Assembly: GCF_001194135.2 (NCBI RefSeq) | Contig: NC_068984.1 | Coordinates: 64,670,579 to 64,734,578, forward strand | Length of the DNA stretch: 64,000 nt | Direction: 5' to 3' | Origin: Octopus bimaculoides | Taxonomy: Eukaryota | Shown here: positions 48,303 through 62,409 of the stretch, piece by piece | How positions within the stretch are numbered: the first letter of the stretch is position 1 | Layout of the letters: each line of letters begins with the position of its first letter | Translations under genes and position numbers: made by a program | The notes under the pieces: generated by a model | Seen by the model: only the letters and a program-made list of their open reading frames with translations | Told to the model about the DNA's origin: nothing | Database searches by the model: none

Positions 48303-49816
48303 ATGTGTATGTATACACACAGGCTTTCATGCAGCCCATTGCGTTGATTCTCGGCTTCGTACTAATACCCACGTTCAGTCATTTTTCCCTCCATAAACAA
48401 TGTCGACCTCGTCGAATTACTTCCTTGCAAACATGTCCACATTCCTATCACCACAACAGATACAAATTTTAAATGTATTTTCTGCATATCTCTGGAGTCA
48501 GAAGGGAAGAACAGGGTGCATGGCCCTTTTAAAGGACCTCCAAGACTAGTGGGAGGGAGAGAAGCAAGGAGGGAAGTCCCTCCTCGATCTGAATCCTGGC
48601 CTGAATGCTTTCAAGGAGATAGAATCTGCTAAAGGCACCTAAACTCCAAGCATGCGTGTATGTATTTATATATGTTATATGAGACACACACGTAAGAGCT
48701 TGGAAGACAGCGAGTAAGAACTGAAATAAATTCATCTAAGAGAGATTATTGGAAGAGGCCAGCTATGTTGTAATGTGGTACTGCCAAACCAATATAAGCA
48801 GGCAGAGGCTGTCTGTGACACATTCACAGAGCTAACTATGCGCATCTATGTTCACAGGACATGCAATCCACGTATACATACGCACGTACATATATATGTG
48901 TATAGTCAACATACAAATGTATTCAGGCTATTTCATATATGTATTTGATATATACGTACGTGTGTATGTAAAACAAAATGTCTGTGTATGTTTGAATAAA
49001 TATGTAAAAAATGTTCGCGCATATATATATATATATATATTTATTTATATGTATGTACGAACAAGCGCGCGCACACACACAAACACGCACACGTGCTCAC
49101 GAGAAGGAATGACTAATGGCGGAGACAGAGAAGGATACAATAAGTAAGGGAAGGCGTTGAAGCTGATTTTAATCAATTCATAAAGTAATACAATTAGATT
49201 TTCGGGTACTCCCAAGGAATTCGATGAAGGCTTATCGGGTATCCATAGAAGTGTAACACTAGTAGCAAATATCGCGACGTGTCTGTGCGTAAGGAGACAC
49301 GGAGTAGGGTGAGAAGAAATGAATAGAAAATTTATTTTTAAAAATGTGAATATGAAAAGAGAATATTCACTGCTTGCAACCACCAGAAAGATAATGGAGA
49401 GTAAAAAGAAAAGACCATCGATGACGTAAATAAAATGAACCATACTTCGGTTATGTATACAGTTGGGGGAAGACCAACACGTCTAATTTTTCTCTCTCTC
49501 CTCTCACACACACACTCTCCCTCCCTCCCTCTTATCTAATTTTCCGTCACCCTCTTTGTCTAGCTCATATATATATATATATTAAAAATGAGGAAGGCCA
49601 GTTTATGGGATTACCTTAGGTTTCCCATAAAGGGTTTATAACTTTATGGCGTATCGTCAGATCCTCAAAACCTGTTGGCCCATGACCATGTGTGTATACA
49701 CACACACACATACACACAAACAAACACACACACTTGCATACATACATAAATACGTTCATGCTTAATGTATGCAATGTATTTATCTATAGATAAATAGATA
49801 GATAGATACAGATACA

Positions 49817-49857
<41 letters not shown>

Positions 49858-50116
49858 GAGAGAGACAGACAGTGCATCCAAGCGAGATATTTAATTGAAG
49901 AGCACAAGTAATTTAATGATTAGTTGGGACTATGATTTTAAGACAAAGGTAAAATTAACCAAAACAACAACAACAAAAAATGGCCCTTAAACACATTGCA
50001 TAAAGAGAGTATGGAAAATATAAAAGTTAAAACGAACACACACACGTTTATGTATGTATGTATGTACGTATGTACGTATGTATGAGTGTGTACGTATGCA
50101 TGTTATGTGTGTATCG

Positions 50117-50339
50117 TTTTCTTTTCTACTTGTTTCAGCTATTTGACTACGGCCATGCAGAGGCACCGCTTTGAAGAACTTTCAGTCCAATGAATCGATT
50201 CCAGCACTTATTCTTTGTAAGCCTTGTACTTATTCTCTCGCTCTCTTTGGCCGAAGCGCTAAGTTACGGGGACGTAAACACACGAACACCGGTTGTCAAG
50301 TGCTGGTGGGGGATAAATACGATACAAAGACACCCACAG

Positions 50340-50391
<52 letters not shown>

Positions 50392-50961
50392 NNNNNNNNN
50401 NNNNNNNNNNNNNNNNNNNNNNNNNNNNNNNNNNNNNNNNNNNNNNNNNNNNNNNNNNNNNNNNNNNNNNNNNNNNNNNNNNNNNNNNNNNNNNNNNNNN
50501 NNNNNNNNNNNNNNNNNNNNNNNNNNNNNNNNNNNNNNNNNNNNNNNNNNNNNNNNNNNNNNNNNNNNNNNNNNNNNNNNNNNNNNNNNNNNNNNNNNNN
50601 NNNNNNNNNNNNNNNNNNNNNNNNNNNNNNNNNNNNNNNNNNNNNNNNNNNNNNNNNNNNNNNNNNNNNNNNNNNNNNNNNNNNNNNNNNNNNNNNNNNN
50701 NNNNNNNNNNNNNNNNNNNNNNNNNNNNNNNNNNNNNNNNNNNNNNNNNNNNNNNNNNNNNNNNNNNNNNNNNNNNNNNNNNNNNNNNNNNNNNNNNNNN
50801 NNNNNNNNNNNNNNNNNNNNNNNNNNNNNNNNNNNNNNNNNNNNNNNNNNNNNNNNNNNNNNNNNNNNNNNNNNNNNNNNNNNNNNNNNNNNNNNNNNNN
50901 NNNNNNNNNNNNNNNNNNNNNNNNNNNNNNNNNNNNNNNNNNNNNNNNNNNNNNNNNNNNN

Positions 50962-50998
<37 letters not shown>

Positions 50999-51157
50999 CG
51001 ACAGGCTACTTTCAGTTTTCATCTACCAAATCCACTCTCAAGGCTTTGGTCGGCTCTGAACTATAACAGAAGACACCAAAATGCTGTGAAGATGGGGTTA
51101 AACCCGGAACCATGTGGTTGAGAAGTAAACGTCCTTACACAGCCAAGCCTGCACCTA
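50117..51157 (-). mobile_element. SINE family A, full length, spanning an assembly gap in its (TA)n linker
   Basis: Tail half 50117-50340 and head half 50995-51157 are correctly oriented on either side of (TA)n-N570-(TA)n. Confidence 0.85.
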
Positions 51158-51476
51158 TCTGAATAAAATTCTTCTGTGCCTGACGATATTGTGTAAAGTG
51201 CGTTTTTAAGACAACGGTCACAAGAAACTATGAAATCTGTATTCCTAGTTGCTCATACACAGAATAGAAGAAAATAGGAAAAGCAGGCAGAAGAATGCAT
51301 AATGGAAGTTCTCTCTACAAGGGATCTCTGCCTCATAACTTTGAATCAAATAAAGTATTATCGTTTACTTCTATTTAAAATTATACAAAGCATCTCTCTT
51401 GGTAATTTTTTCTGTTTTTGTTATTTTTATTTTTTTAGCTGAATAGCATAAATATAAAGTGAAATAATCTTTTACA

Positions 51477-51504
51477 CTGATGAAGGACATTATGCCGAAA
51501 TGTG
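51477..51504 (+). ncRNA. Degenerate minimal hammerhead-like motif
   Basis: CUGAUGA-A-GG(A)CA-UUA-UGCC-GAAA-UGUG: canonical 5' core and GAAA with a bulged stem II; stem III and the cleavage site are decayed. Confidence 0.4.
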
Positions 51505-51869
51505 AGGCCATCCGTAGATTTCTTAACGTTGTTTCTTATTAAATGCATGCGAAAACAAAAATATTTATTTTTAATTATTGAAGAAGAAAACAAAAAATCA
51601 ACTTCTTTCTTCGTATACAGAGTAATGTGAGTAACTAAACGTTGAATAACTATTATTCCACACCATCTAACTGTGTTAGTATTGAGTACTTTGTTTTAAT
51701 TGCATTTCACACCAGTGTGAAATGCAATTAAATGTGCATGTGCATGTGTGTGCTCGCGCGCATCCACGTAAATTTGTATGTGTATCCATCTATATTTGTC
51801 TTATGTTTGGGTGCATAGCAATGCATGAGCTTGATGTCAGAGAAGAGAAAAGGAGAGAATATGAGTGAA

Positions 51870-51887
51870 TGAGAGATGAGAGAGAGG

Positions 51888-51921
<34 letters not shown>

Positions 51922-51953
51922 GAGAGAGAGAGAGAGAGAGNNNNNNNNNNGAC

Positions 51954-51992
<39 letters not shown>

Positions 51993-52052
51993 GACAGAGG
52001 GAGACAGAGAGAGACCGAGAGAGAGAGACAGAGACAGAGAGAGAGAGAGAGA
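51870..52052. repeat. (GA)n/(GAGACA)n low-complexity repeat
   Basis: Read directly; includes a 10 N gap. Confidence 0.95.
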
Positions 52053-53345
52053 TGAAAACAATTAATCGAGTCGTCCGATAAAGCTATCAGTCAATCAAGT
52101 GGAAATGATAAATTAGTAAGCACAGTGTTATCGATCAGTAAGCGTAAGTATATTGATTCATTGATTGAAACGNNNNNNNNNNNNNNNNNNNNNNNNNNNN
52201 NNNNNNNNNNNNNNNNNNNNNNNNNNNNNNNNNNNNNNNNNNNNNNNNNNNNNNNNNNNNNNNNNNNNNNNNNNNNNNNNNNNNNNNNNNNNNNNNNNNN
52301 NNNNNNNNNNNNNNNNNNNNNNNNNNNNNNNNNNNNNNNNNNNNNNNNNNNNNNNNNNNNNNNNNNNNNNNNNNNNNNNNNNNNNNNNNNNNNNNNNNNN
52401 NNNNNNNNNNNNNNNNNNNNNNNNNNNNNNNNNNNNNNNNNNNNNNNNNNNNNNNNNNNNNNNNNNNNNNNNNNNNNNNNNNNNNNNNNNNNNNNNNNNN
52501 NNNNNNNNNNNNNNNNNNNNNNNNNNNNNNNNNNNNNNNNNNNNNNNNNNNNNNNNNNNNNNNNNNNNNNNNNNNNNNNNNNNNNNNNNNNNNNNNNNNN
52601 NNNNNNNNNNNNNNNNNNNNNNNNNNNNNNNNNNNNNNNNNNNNNNNNNNNNNNNNNNNNNNNNNNNNNNNNNNNNNNNNNNNNNNNNNNNNNNNNNNNN
52701 NNNNNNNNNNNNNNNNNNNNNNNNNNNNNNNNNNNNNNNNNNNNNNNNNNNNNNNNNNNNNNNNNNNNNNNNNNNNNNNNNNNNNNNNNNNNNNNNNNNN
52801 NNNNNNNNNNNNNNNNNNNNNNNNNNNNNNNNNNNNNNNNNNNNNNNNNNNNNNNNNNNNNNNNNNNNNNNNNNNNNNNNNNNNNNNNNNNNNNNNNNNN
52901 NNNNNNNNNNNNNNNNNNNNNNNNNNNNNNNNNNNNNNNNNNNNNNNNNNNNNNNNNNNNNNNNNNNNNNNNNNNNNNNNNNNNNNNNNNNNNNNNNNNN
53001 NNNNNNNNNNNNNNNNNNNNNNNNNNNNNNNNNNNNNNNNNNNNNNNNNNNNNNNNNNNNNNNNGAGGGAGTAACTGGAAGAACCAGTCAAGTATGTTAT
53101 CTAAGTCGGAAACGTAATGATGATGATTATGAGCATGTTTATGATAATGATGATGAAAATGGTGATGTGATGGTGGTAGTAGTAGTGGTGGTGGTGGTGG
53201 TGATGGAATAGTAAAGATAAGTAGTTTAAAAGTTATTAAATTGTTAATTAATTAATTAATAAAGAAACAAAAAGTTACTAGTTTACATGTAATGACGACA
53301 TAGCTCAAAACTAATATTTTGACTTCAGCTGGTGTGCGTGTGTGC

Positions 53346-53385
<40 letters not shown>

Positions 53386-53517
53386 ACGCATGTATGCACG
53401 AAAATTACATGTAATTTATGTGAAAGCCGCACAAACACAAACACAAACACACACACACACACACGCGGGCGCACTCAAACACACACACGCACAAATACTT
53501 CTGTGTATGTATGCGTG

Positions 53518-53545
<28 letters not shown>

Positions 53546-53550
<5 letters not shown>

Positions 53551-53700
53551 CCGAGTGATTTACAGCGTTGTTTCGCAATCACGAGATTGCGAATTCGAAC
53601 CCAGCGTACGAGACATTAAGCAAGTGTCTTTTCTAACAACCTCGGCACCGTCTAGGCACCGAGTGGACGGAAACAGCATGAGAACCCATCCAGAAGAATG
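53546..53700 (+). mobile_element. Degenerate tRNA-headed SINE (A-related)
   Basis: A-box tggccgagtg, B-box gaattcgaaccc, then aagcaagtgtcttt...gtggacggaaacagc. Confidence 0.5.
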
Positions 53701-53879
53701 TACCCTTTATATAAAAAAGGGGTTAAAATCATTATGACAGACTTATGTCATACTAATGTTGTCATAGGCATACGTTAATGGTACGAATGTCTGGTGGTGG
53801 GGGGGATACACTCACCCACTTGCACACAATAATCCATCGTCGAAACCGTTGAAGATCCGTTTAGTGCTATTTTACATTC

Positions 53880-54430
53880 TTTTATTCTTTTATATGTTTC
53901 AGCCCTGAAGCTATGGCCATGCTGGGGCACCGCCAGTGACATTGTATAATAAATTTAACAATGTTATTCACTTTCGCAAATATCGTCTAATCTTATGTAA
54001 CTATGCGTATTTCTGGGTACCTGCATGTAGGAGTATGCATATGCGCGCGCGTGTTATATTTTACATATCTCATGCACCAGAAAGCGGCTACGCTGGGGCA
54101 CCACCTCGAAGGGTTCTTCGTCGAACGAACCTACTTCGACACTTATTCTGTCAGCCTCTTTTGCCGAACTGCTAAGCAAACCAACACCGGATGTCAAGTT
54201 GTGGTAGTGGCTGGTGGACAAACACACACACACACACACACACACACNNNNNNNNNNTATATATATATATATATATAACGGGCTTCTTTCAGTTTCCGTC
54301 TAGCAAATCTATTTCAAAAGGCTTCGGTCGGCCTGGAGGTAGATAGTAGAATAGACTTGCTGAAGATGTCACGCAATAGGACTGAACCCGGAAGCAAGTA
54401 GTCGGGATGGAAACTTCTTACCACACACCC
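53880..54430 (-). mobile_element. SINE family A: short tail (53880-53935) followed by a near full-length copy (54058-54430)
   Basis: tatgtttcagcc...ggccatgctggggcaccgcc; then gctggggcaccacctcgaag...ttttgccgaactgctaag...(CA)n gap (TA)n...gggcttctttcagtttccgtctagcaaatc...cttcttaccacac. Confidence 0.8.
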
Positions 54431-54741
54431 CAAAACAGACAGATAGATAGATAGAAAGATAGATAGATAGACAGATAGATGGCTACATATATACAGATAC
54501 ATTCAAATAAATGTATGTATGCACGACAAGAGACACATAATTACATACATATACATGTGATTACGTGCGTTCATGTAATCGCATACACACACATGTATGT
54601 ATACGTTATTATATAAGAAAAATTACACAGACGCACACATAAGCATGTATACATGCATTATTCGTGTGTGTTTGTGTGTAAATTGCGAATGTGCATGTGT
54701 ATCGCATATGTGACAGAGATAGATAGATAGATAGATAGATA

Positions 54742-54819
<78 letters not shown>

Positions 54820-55599
54820 ATATATTGCGTGCGTGTAACCTAATGTACGTATAAACAAAATGTTGGTCATTTTAAGAATACTGCATTCAGATTATTGCAC
54901 CCCTCCCACCTTTTTTCGAACACATTTCTCTGTTGACAATCAACTTCTTAAAAGACATTCACATCAACCGATATTCTTCTTGTTGCTGTCAACGTATTAT
55001 TCTCACCGTCATTTTATTGTTGTAGTTGTTTGTTTAACCCTAGGTCATCCTACATTGAACAGTCTATCGTCAAAAATGTTGCTAGCAGTAATCACCCCTC
55101 TTTATCGTTCTTTCATTTTTTTAATTAAAAAAAATTCTTTTTTTACCATAGTGTATTTAGTTAGAATAATATCTTATGCGTGCTTTCGAGGATATCTAGC
55201 TGGTATTTCTACGATATCGAGCTATCATACAGAACAGAGTATTGAATTGATGAGGCAGACACATTCGTAAATAAAAAGAGTTCTGTTGTGCCAATGGCTA
55301 TGAAAAGGAAAAAAAAAAAGAAGAAATTATGCAAAAACAAACACGTAGACACCAACACACACGTGTACGATATATTCAAAGTATTTTATATATACAGCAG
55401 CGTGCACATAAGTGAACATATAAGCACGCTATATAAAATATTTGTAACACTCGTACACACACATGTATGTATGTATGTATGTATGTATGTATGATTATGT
55501 ATGTATGTATGATGTATGTTTGTATGTATCAATGTAAAATGTGTGTGTTTGTGTACGAATAGCTACAGATATGGTATGTATATGGATGTGTTACCGATA

Positions 55600-55850
55600 T
55601 TTAGACCCTACTTAGCTCTTTTGTTCGGCGCACCATAGGTTTGCCGAAGTTGAGTTTCAAAAGCATTACTAAATGGTCTAAAGTGTTCCAGCGATGACCA
55701 TACCATTTTTCTTATACATCTACCAAGACATAAATGGTATCCAAAAAATCACTTTATCCAGTGTCACATTTTGTCTTTTCTCCAAAAACGTTCTTAGGTG
55801 GGGGATTAAGGGGAGATTTAGCTGCTATTTCTAGTAGTTCGACACACGGC
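55600..55850 (-). mobile_element. Repeat family E
   Basis: gttccagcgatgaccatacc...ggagatttagctgctatttctagtagttcgac. Confidence 0.55.
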
Positions 55851-56329
55851 GTAAATGTTACCCTTGTTGATTCAAATATCTATGTGTATGCTATATTCAG
55901 CTGATGCACAAGTGGACTTCATGCATTGACGTGTCTACGTAAAATACCCGAAAAAAATAAAGAAATTGCCTGCCCCCTCCCATCCCTCCTCTAAAGACTC
56001 TTGAATTGTAAAAGTAGATATATATTGAACACTTGAGCATTTTAAGAAAGTGATCGAATAAAAAAAATGCAGCGTACTTAAGGTCGAAGAAATTCGAACT
56101 GCTCTTATACATCGTGCATCTCTATACATACATACATACATACATACATACATACATACATACACCACACACAGAGAGGCTCACATCACATACACGCATA
56201 TATAGATGTACATATATATATACAATTTACATTCACATATTTGCCCATACAATTGCAAACAATCCCATAGAAACACGCACATATACACATATGTACACTC
56301 ACACACACAGACAACTACACATTCAAGCA

Positions 56330-56386
<57 letters not shown>

Positions 56387-57968
56387 CAAGTAGAGAAAAA
56401 CGGTGAAAGAGCACGGAAGGTGGAGAAAAATATTAAAAAGAAAAAAACAACCACGCACCTCGTATTCTATAGAAGAATATAAGAGAATTGCCGAAAAATA
56501 AAATTGTGCAAAAGAAAAAAAAAACTGAAATTTCAAGAAATGCTTATTTTCTTTTCCATAGTGTAAAACACAACTTTCAAGAATTCCTTGCATTTACCAT
56601 AATGTTCTATTCCCATACACTTTTTTCTTCTTCTCGCATTTTATATATATATATTAAACACTATGTTATATCATAATTATACAGTTTTATTTGTTAAATC
56701 TCNNNNNNNNNNNNNNNNNNNNNNNNNNNNNNNNNNNNNNNNNNNNNNNNNNNNNNNNNNNNNNNNNNNNNNNNNNNNNNNNNNNNNNNNNNNNNNNNNN
56801 NNNNNNNNNNNNNNNNNNNNNNNNNNNNNNNNNNNNNNNNNNNNNNNNNNNNNNNNNNNNNNNNNNNNNNNNNNNNNNNNNNNNNNNNNNNNNNNNNNNN
56901 NNNNNNNNNNNNNNNNNNNNNNNNNNNNNNNNNNNNNNNNNNNNNNNNNNNNNNNNNNNNNNNNNNNNNNNNNNNNNNNNNNNNNNNNNNNNNNNNNNNN
57001 NNNNNNNNNNNNNNNNNNNNNNNNNNNNNNNNNNNNNNNNNNNNNNNNNNNNNNNNNNNNNNNNNNNNNNNNNNNNNNNNNNNNNNNNNNNNNNNNNNNN
57101 NNNNNNNNNNNNNNNNNNNNNNNNNNNNNNNNNNNNNNNNNNNNNNNNNNNNNNNNNNNNNTATATATATATAGCATAAACCAAAATATATGCTTGATGT
57201 TTAGCAATGAAAGGCGCAAGAATGGACAGGAAGAAAGAAAGAATGAAATGAAATGAAATGAAGAAAGATAGAAAGAACGGGAAGAAGAAGAAAAAAAAAG
57301 AAAAAAACAAAGAAAGAAAGAATGACTGAATGAGTGAAAGGTAAGACAGTTTACCTTTACCTGGAGAAGGTTTCCTCCTATAGAATGTGGCATATATACA
57401 TTGTATTAGTATGACAAAGAGCCAGAGATAGAAGGTAAATTCAAAGTGTCTGATCCAAAGGTGCTTCATAATTGTGGCACAAAACACAGCTTACACCACC
57501 AACCAGCCAACCAGCCAACCAGCCGCCAACCATCAACCACCACTCGCTCACTCACTCTCGTTCACTCGCCCTCACTCACTCACTCATTCACTCAGTTATA
57601 CACACTCACTATTTCATTCATTTATTTATTTATTCATTCATTCATAGAACAGACACACACACACACACACACACACATACGCATACACTCTTTTTCTCAC
57701 TTTCTTTCTCACACACGCATACACACACTTATTTCTCTCTCTCTCTCTATCTTTCCTACAGTTCCCCCCCTCTCTCTCTCTCTTTCTCTCTTTCTTTCTT
57801 ACTTTACTTCATCACTCACTATTTATCTCCGCCTTCGCTCGTTCCTTCCTTCCTTCCTTGATTTTTTTCCCTTCCTTTCTTCACACGTTGGCACTTATTT
57901 GCTCTTTCTTTCAAACACACCCATTCTCTATAATCGCTTTTCCTTTTCTTCCCTCTTCTCTCCTTCCA

Positions 57969-58075
<107 letters not shown>

Positions 58076-58628
58076 TATTAATCACATACTCGCTGTTCGG
58101 CGTGCATGCATGTATACACATCAATCTTTACGCTGACAATATGTTCATATGAATGTATAAGTCATATATATAATCTATCTATCTATCTATCCATCCATCT
58201 ATCCATCTATGTGTGTGTGTGTGTACGTAGTTGTATATGTGTGCGCTTTTTGCACCTCCGCGGCTCTTTACAGTCGCACACAGCTATAGTAAGTTTGCCG
58301 TTTCTTCGATTTCCTCTCAAATAGGGACGGTGCGAGGCGAAGAGAGGTGGGGGTGTCGACAGTGGCGGTTTTACAGTACTGATGGGTGGTGATGGTGATG
58401 GTGATGGTGCCGCCGGTGGTCGCACAGGGGTGAGTATGTTAGTGTTTGGAGACGGGATGTTTATCAGGGAGAGAGAGAGAGAGACAGAGAGAGATAAAGG
58501 AGACATAGAGACAGGGATTGTTGTTGTTGGCGATGATGTTGCTTATATCATCTCCGTATTTTTAAAAAAAAAAAGGTTTGTTTCTTCTTTGGTCGCCTGC
58601 TTTTCATATTTCGAGTGTGTATCATTCA

Positions 58629-58670
<42 letters not shown>

Positions 58671-58982
58671 NNNNNNNNNNNNNNNNNNNNNNNNNNNNNN
58701 NNNNNNNNNNNNNNNNNNNNNNNNNNNNNNNNNNNNNNNNNNNNNNNNNNNNNNNNNNNNNNNNNNNNNNNNNNNNNNNNNNNNNNNNNNNNNNNNNNNN
58801 NNNNNNNNNNNNNNNNNNNNNNNNNNNNNNNNNNNNNNNNNNNNNNNNNNNNNNNNNNNNNNNNNNNNNNNNNNNNNNNNNNNNNNNNNNNNNNNNNNNN
58901 NNNNNNNNNNNNNNNNNNNNNNNNNNNNNNNNNNNNNNNNNNNNNNNNNNNNNNNNNNNNNNNNNNNNNNNNNNNNNNNNNN

Positions 58983-58983
58983 A

Positions 58984-59075
<92 letters not shown>

Positions 59076-59150
59076 CATACATATATATATAAATATACAT
59101 GCATATATATACATACATGTATGTATGTATATATGTACGTGAGAGAGAGA
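58983..59150. repeat. (TA)n with periodic CA interruptions
   Basis: Read directly. Confidence 0.95.
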
Positions 59151-59764
59151 GAGAGAGGAGTGATATGCAATGAGATAGACATTCACATTTTGTTGCAATA
59201 AGGAAACATATCTCAGCTTTTCGTCGGAAGAAACTTGAAATATAAAATAAATAAATAAATAAAAGAAACCACCGCCACCACAACAACAACAACAACAACA
59301 ACAACAACATAAGAACGAATGAATACCCAGTGGTTGTGTAATAATCCTGTAACACCATTTCACTGGTTTCTATTCTAACCGCATCACTAAACACACACCT
59401 CCCGCGCTCACTGTCTCTCCGACACCAAAACATTGTCTCTATATCTCTATCTTTCTCTGTAACAACACACAAGCTCCCTATCTCTTTCTTTCTTTTCTCA
59501 CACACACACGCGTACTTTCACTTTGCTCTACACACATACAGTCGCTTTCTCTCGTATTTTCATTTTGCTTTCAGCGCATCTCTTTCCCCACCCNNNNNNN
59601 NNNNNNNNNNNNNNNNNNNNNNNNNNNNNNNNNNNNNNNNNNNNNNNNNNNNNNNNNNNNNNNNNNNTAGTAGTAGCAGCAGCAGCAGTAGTAGTAGTAG
59701 TAGTAGTAGTAGTAGTCTTTGTTGTTGTTGTTGTTGTTCCTGTCGTTGTTCTAAAGCATTTCAA

Positions 59765-59945
59765 GGGCAGGTGGATCGACAGACTTGATAGAGTAACGGA
59801 GCAAGATAAAAATACCTTGTGGTATTTAATTAGGTCTACTTCCAAGTCTGAGATCGAATCTTGCATGTGATAGATTTCACTTTTTCTTTCTTTCTTGTTT
59901 TTATTTTTATTTTTACCTTTCATCCTTTCAGTGATCGATAATCGA
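59765..59945 (+). mobile_element. SINE family C-like, degenerate
   Basis: Head aagggcaggtggatcgacagac...aaaataccttgtggtattt...ctgagatcgaatc resembles 1-90; core ttaccttttcatcctttcagtgatcgataa. Confidence 0.5.
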
Positions 59946-60119
59946 AGGACGAATCACATACCCGTTTGTGATCAGCATGACACTAACCATTATATCGCCC
60001 AGAACCTAAATCCAATCCCACCAATATATCTGGTCTTCTCCTAATGTAAGAATTCATTATTTTTGTCCCATTTCTTTTCTTTTCTTTTCTGTTTCCTTCT
60101 ACCCTCGCTATGGTCGTCG

Positions 60120-60345
60120 TCGTTGTTATTGTTATTAAACCCCAGACCGGCCCATAGCCTGAATAGACCTATGATCAGAAAGCATTCCAGCCATAAAAGA
60201 AAGGTCATTTTTTTTCTATGTGAAAATGAAGAGAGGATCACTTAATCCAAATTTTTTTTTCTTCACATTATACGGTGAAGTTTGACGGAGATTTGGTTGC
60301 TATTTGTAACAGGTCGAGCGAACATGTAGAAGCCCCTCTCGTTAA
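60120..60345 (-). mobile_element. Repeat family E with an (AAC)n-like 3' tail on the minus strand
   Basis: gttgttattgttattaaaccccagaccggccc...agacctatgatcagaaagcattccagcc...ggagatttggttgctatttgtaacaggtcgagcgaacatgtagaagcc. Confidence 0.65.
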
Positions 60346-61487
60346 TTATTGCCTACTCCTTCCACCGCTGCTGTCTTGGTCTTCCACCAATATTTTATTT
60401 ATTATCTATTCTATTTTTGGTTATTTATGTCTTCTCGTACCACTATCTTATGAACAGCATGGGAACATCTGGAAAGAGCAGCTAAAATCCTCTTTGAAAT
60501 CAAACACTAGCGTCAAATAGGGAAGAAAACATCGGTTGTGAGAAAACCTTTCACACCCCTAGAAAGACAAAATGGTCACGGATGAGTAATGTTGGTTTAT
60601 GGATCCACGCAATCAAGAAAGACCTGGGGGGACGATATCTCCACCACCACCACTATCACCACCACCATCACCACCACTAACAACAGCAACAACAACATGG
60701 ACAACATATACATACATACACAACCATATATAGAAACTTAAATCTCTTCATATATATATATATATATATATATAAATACATACACACACACATATATATA
60801 CATACGTACATATACATACATATACGTACATATACATACNNNNNNNNNNNNNNNNNNNNNNNNNNNNNNNNNNNNNNNNNNNNNNNNNNNNNNNNNNNNN
60901 NNNNNNNNNNNNNNNNNNNNNNNNNNNNNNNNNNNNNNNNNNNNNNNNNNNNNNNNNNNNNNNNNNNNNNNNNNNNNNNNNNNNNNNNNNNNNNNNNNNN
61001 NNNNNNNNNNNNNNNNNNATGTACATATATATGCATATACTCATATATTGTTTTTATATATATATATATATATATATATACAAACATACATACGCACACA
61101 CAAACCTTCGTAGACATTTAGAAACAGACATATATAGATTTACACGTATGACACATATAGCTAGTTGCATGCAGCTAAAAGTAAACGGTGGTGGAAGTGG
61201 TGCCAATCGCTGCACCAGCAGCAGCAGCGACAACAACAACAACAACAGCAGCAGCAACTGTCCAAATCTTTATAGTAGCAGCAGATGTAAACAGTAGCTG
61301 TCGTAGTAGTACTAATAGCAGCAGTAACTCTTATTTTTCGGTGATGTGGAATCTAGATTGCCCGACAACTGTTGTGTAAGAGAGAGAGAGAGAGAGAAAT
61401 ACAAAGAGAGAGAAAGGGAGAATGAGAATGAAAGAGGGAGAAGGGAGAATGAGAATGAAAGAGGGAGAAGAAAGAAAAGAGAATGAA

Positions 61488-61518
<31 letters not shown>

Positions 61519-61921
61519 GGGTGGATAACATAGTGCGCATGCAAACCAAGCGCGTCTGCAGAACGTAACCAAGCGAGAACATATACACATACACACGCGC
61601 TTTATGCACACTCGAAGAACGGGAAGTCTGCTGAGATGGAAACTGTACAAGAAAGACTGCAATAGTGAAGAAATTCGCATAAAGAGGGGGGAAAAAATAG
61701 AGAGCGAGAGAGGGGAAGAAAACAAATGGAAAAAAACCAAAAACTTTCTTAAACATCTACCGTTTATTGATGAGGATGGAGATGATGATGATGATGATAA
61801 TATTGTTACCGTTTCACAATGTTTCTCCCCTCCCCATCAACCTTTTCCTCGGAAATTTTATCAAAATCACCACTTTGCCTTTCTTTTTTTTTTTTTCATT
61901 TTTATTTATTTATTTATTTAT

Positions 61922-62126
61922 CCAGTTGGCAGAATCGTTAGCGCGCCGAGCAAAATGCTTAGCAGCATTTCGCCCGCCTTTACGCTCTGAGTTCAAATTC
62001 CGCCGTCGTCGATTTTGCCTTTCATCCTTTCGGAGTCGATAAAATAAGTACCAGTGAAACACTGGGTCGAGGTAATCGACTCATCCCCTCCCCAAAAACT
62101 GCTGCACCTGAGGCAAAATTTGAAAC

Positions 62127-62178
<52 letters not shown>

Positions 62179-62375
62179 NNNNNNNNNNNNNNNNNNNNNN
62201 NNNNNNNNNNNNNNNNNNNNNNNNNNNNNNNNNNNNNNNNNNNNNNNNNNNNNNNNNNNNNNNNNNNNNNNNNNNNNNNNNNNNNNNNNNNNNATCGACT
62301 GGCCCCCTTCTCCCAAAATTTCTGGCCTTGTGCCTATAGTACAAAGATTATTATTATTATAATTATTATTATTAT

Positions 62376-62409
<34 letters not shown>

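Noticed and set aside
58207-58560. Pro/Gly-rich ORFs (PPAAPSPSPSPP, MGGDGDGDGAAGG)
   Set aside because: Derived from GGT/GAT low-complexity repeats; no splice signals or domain.
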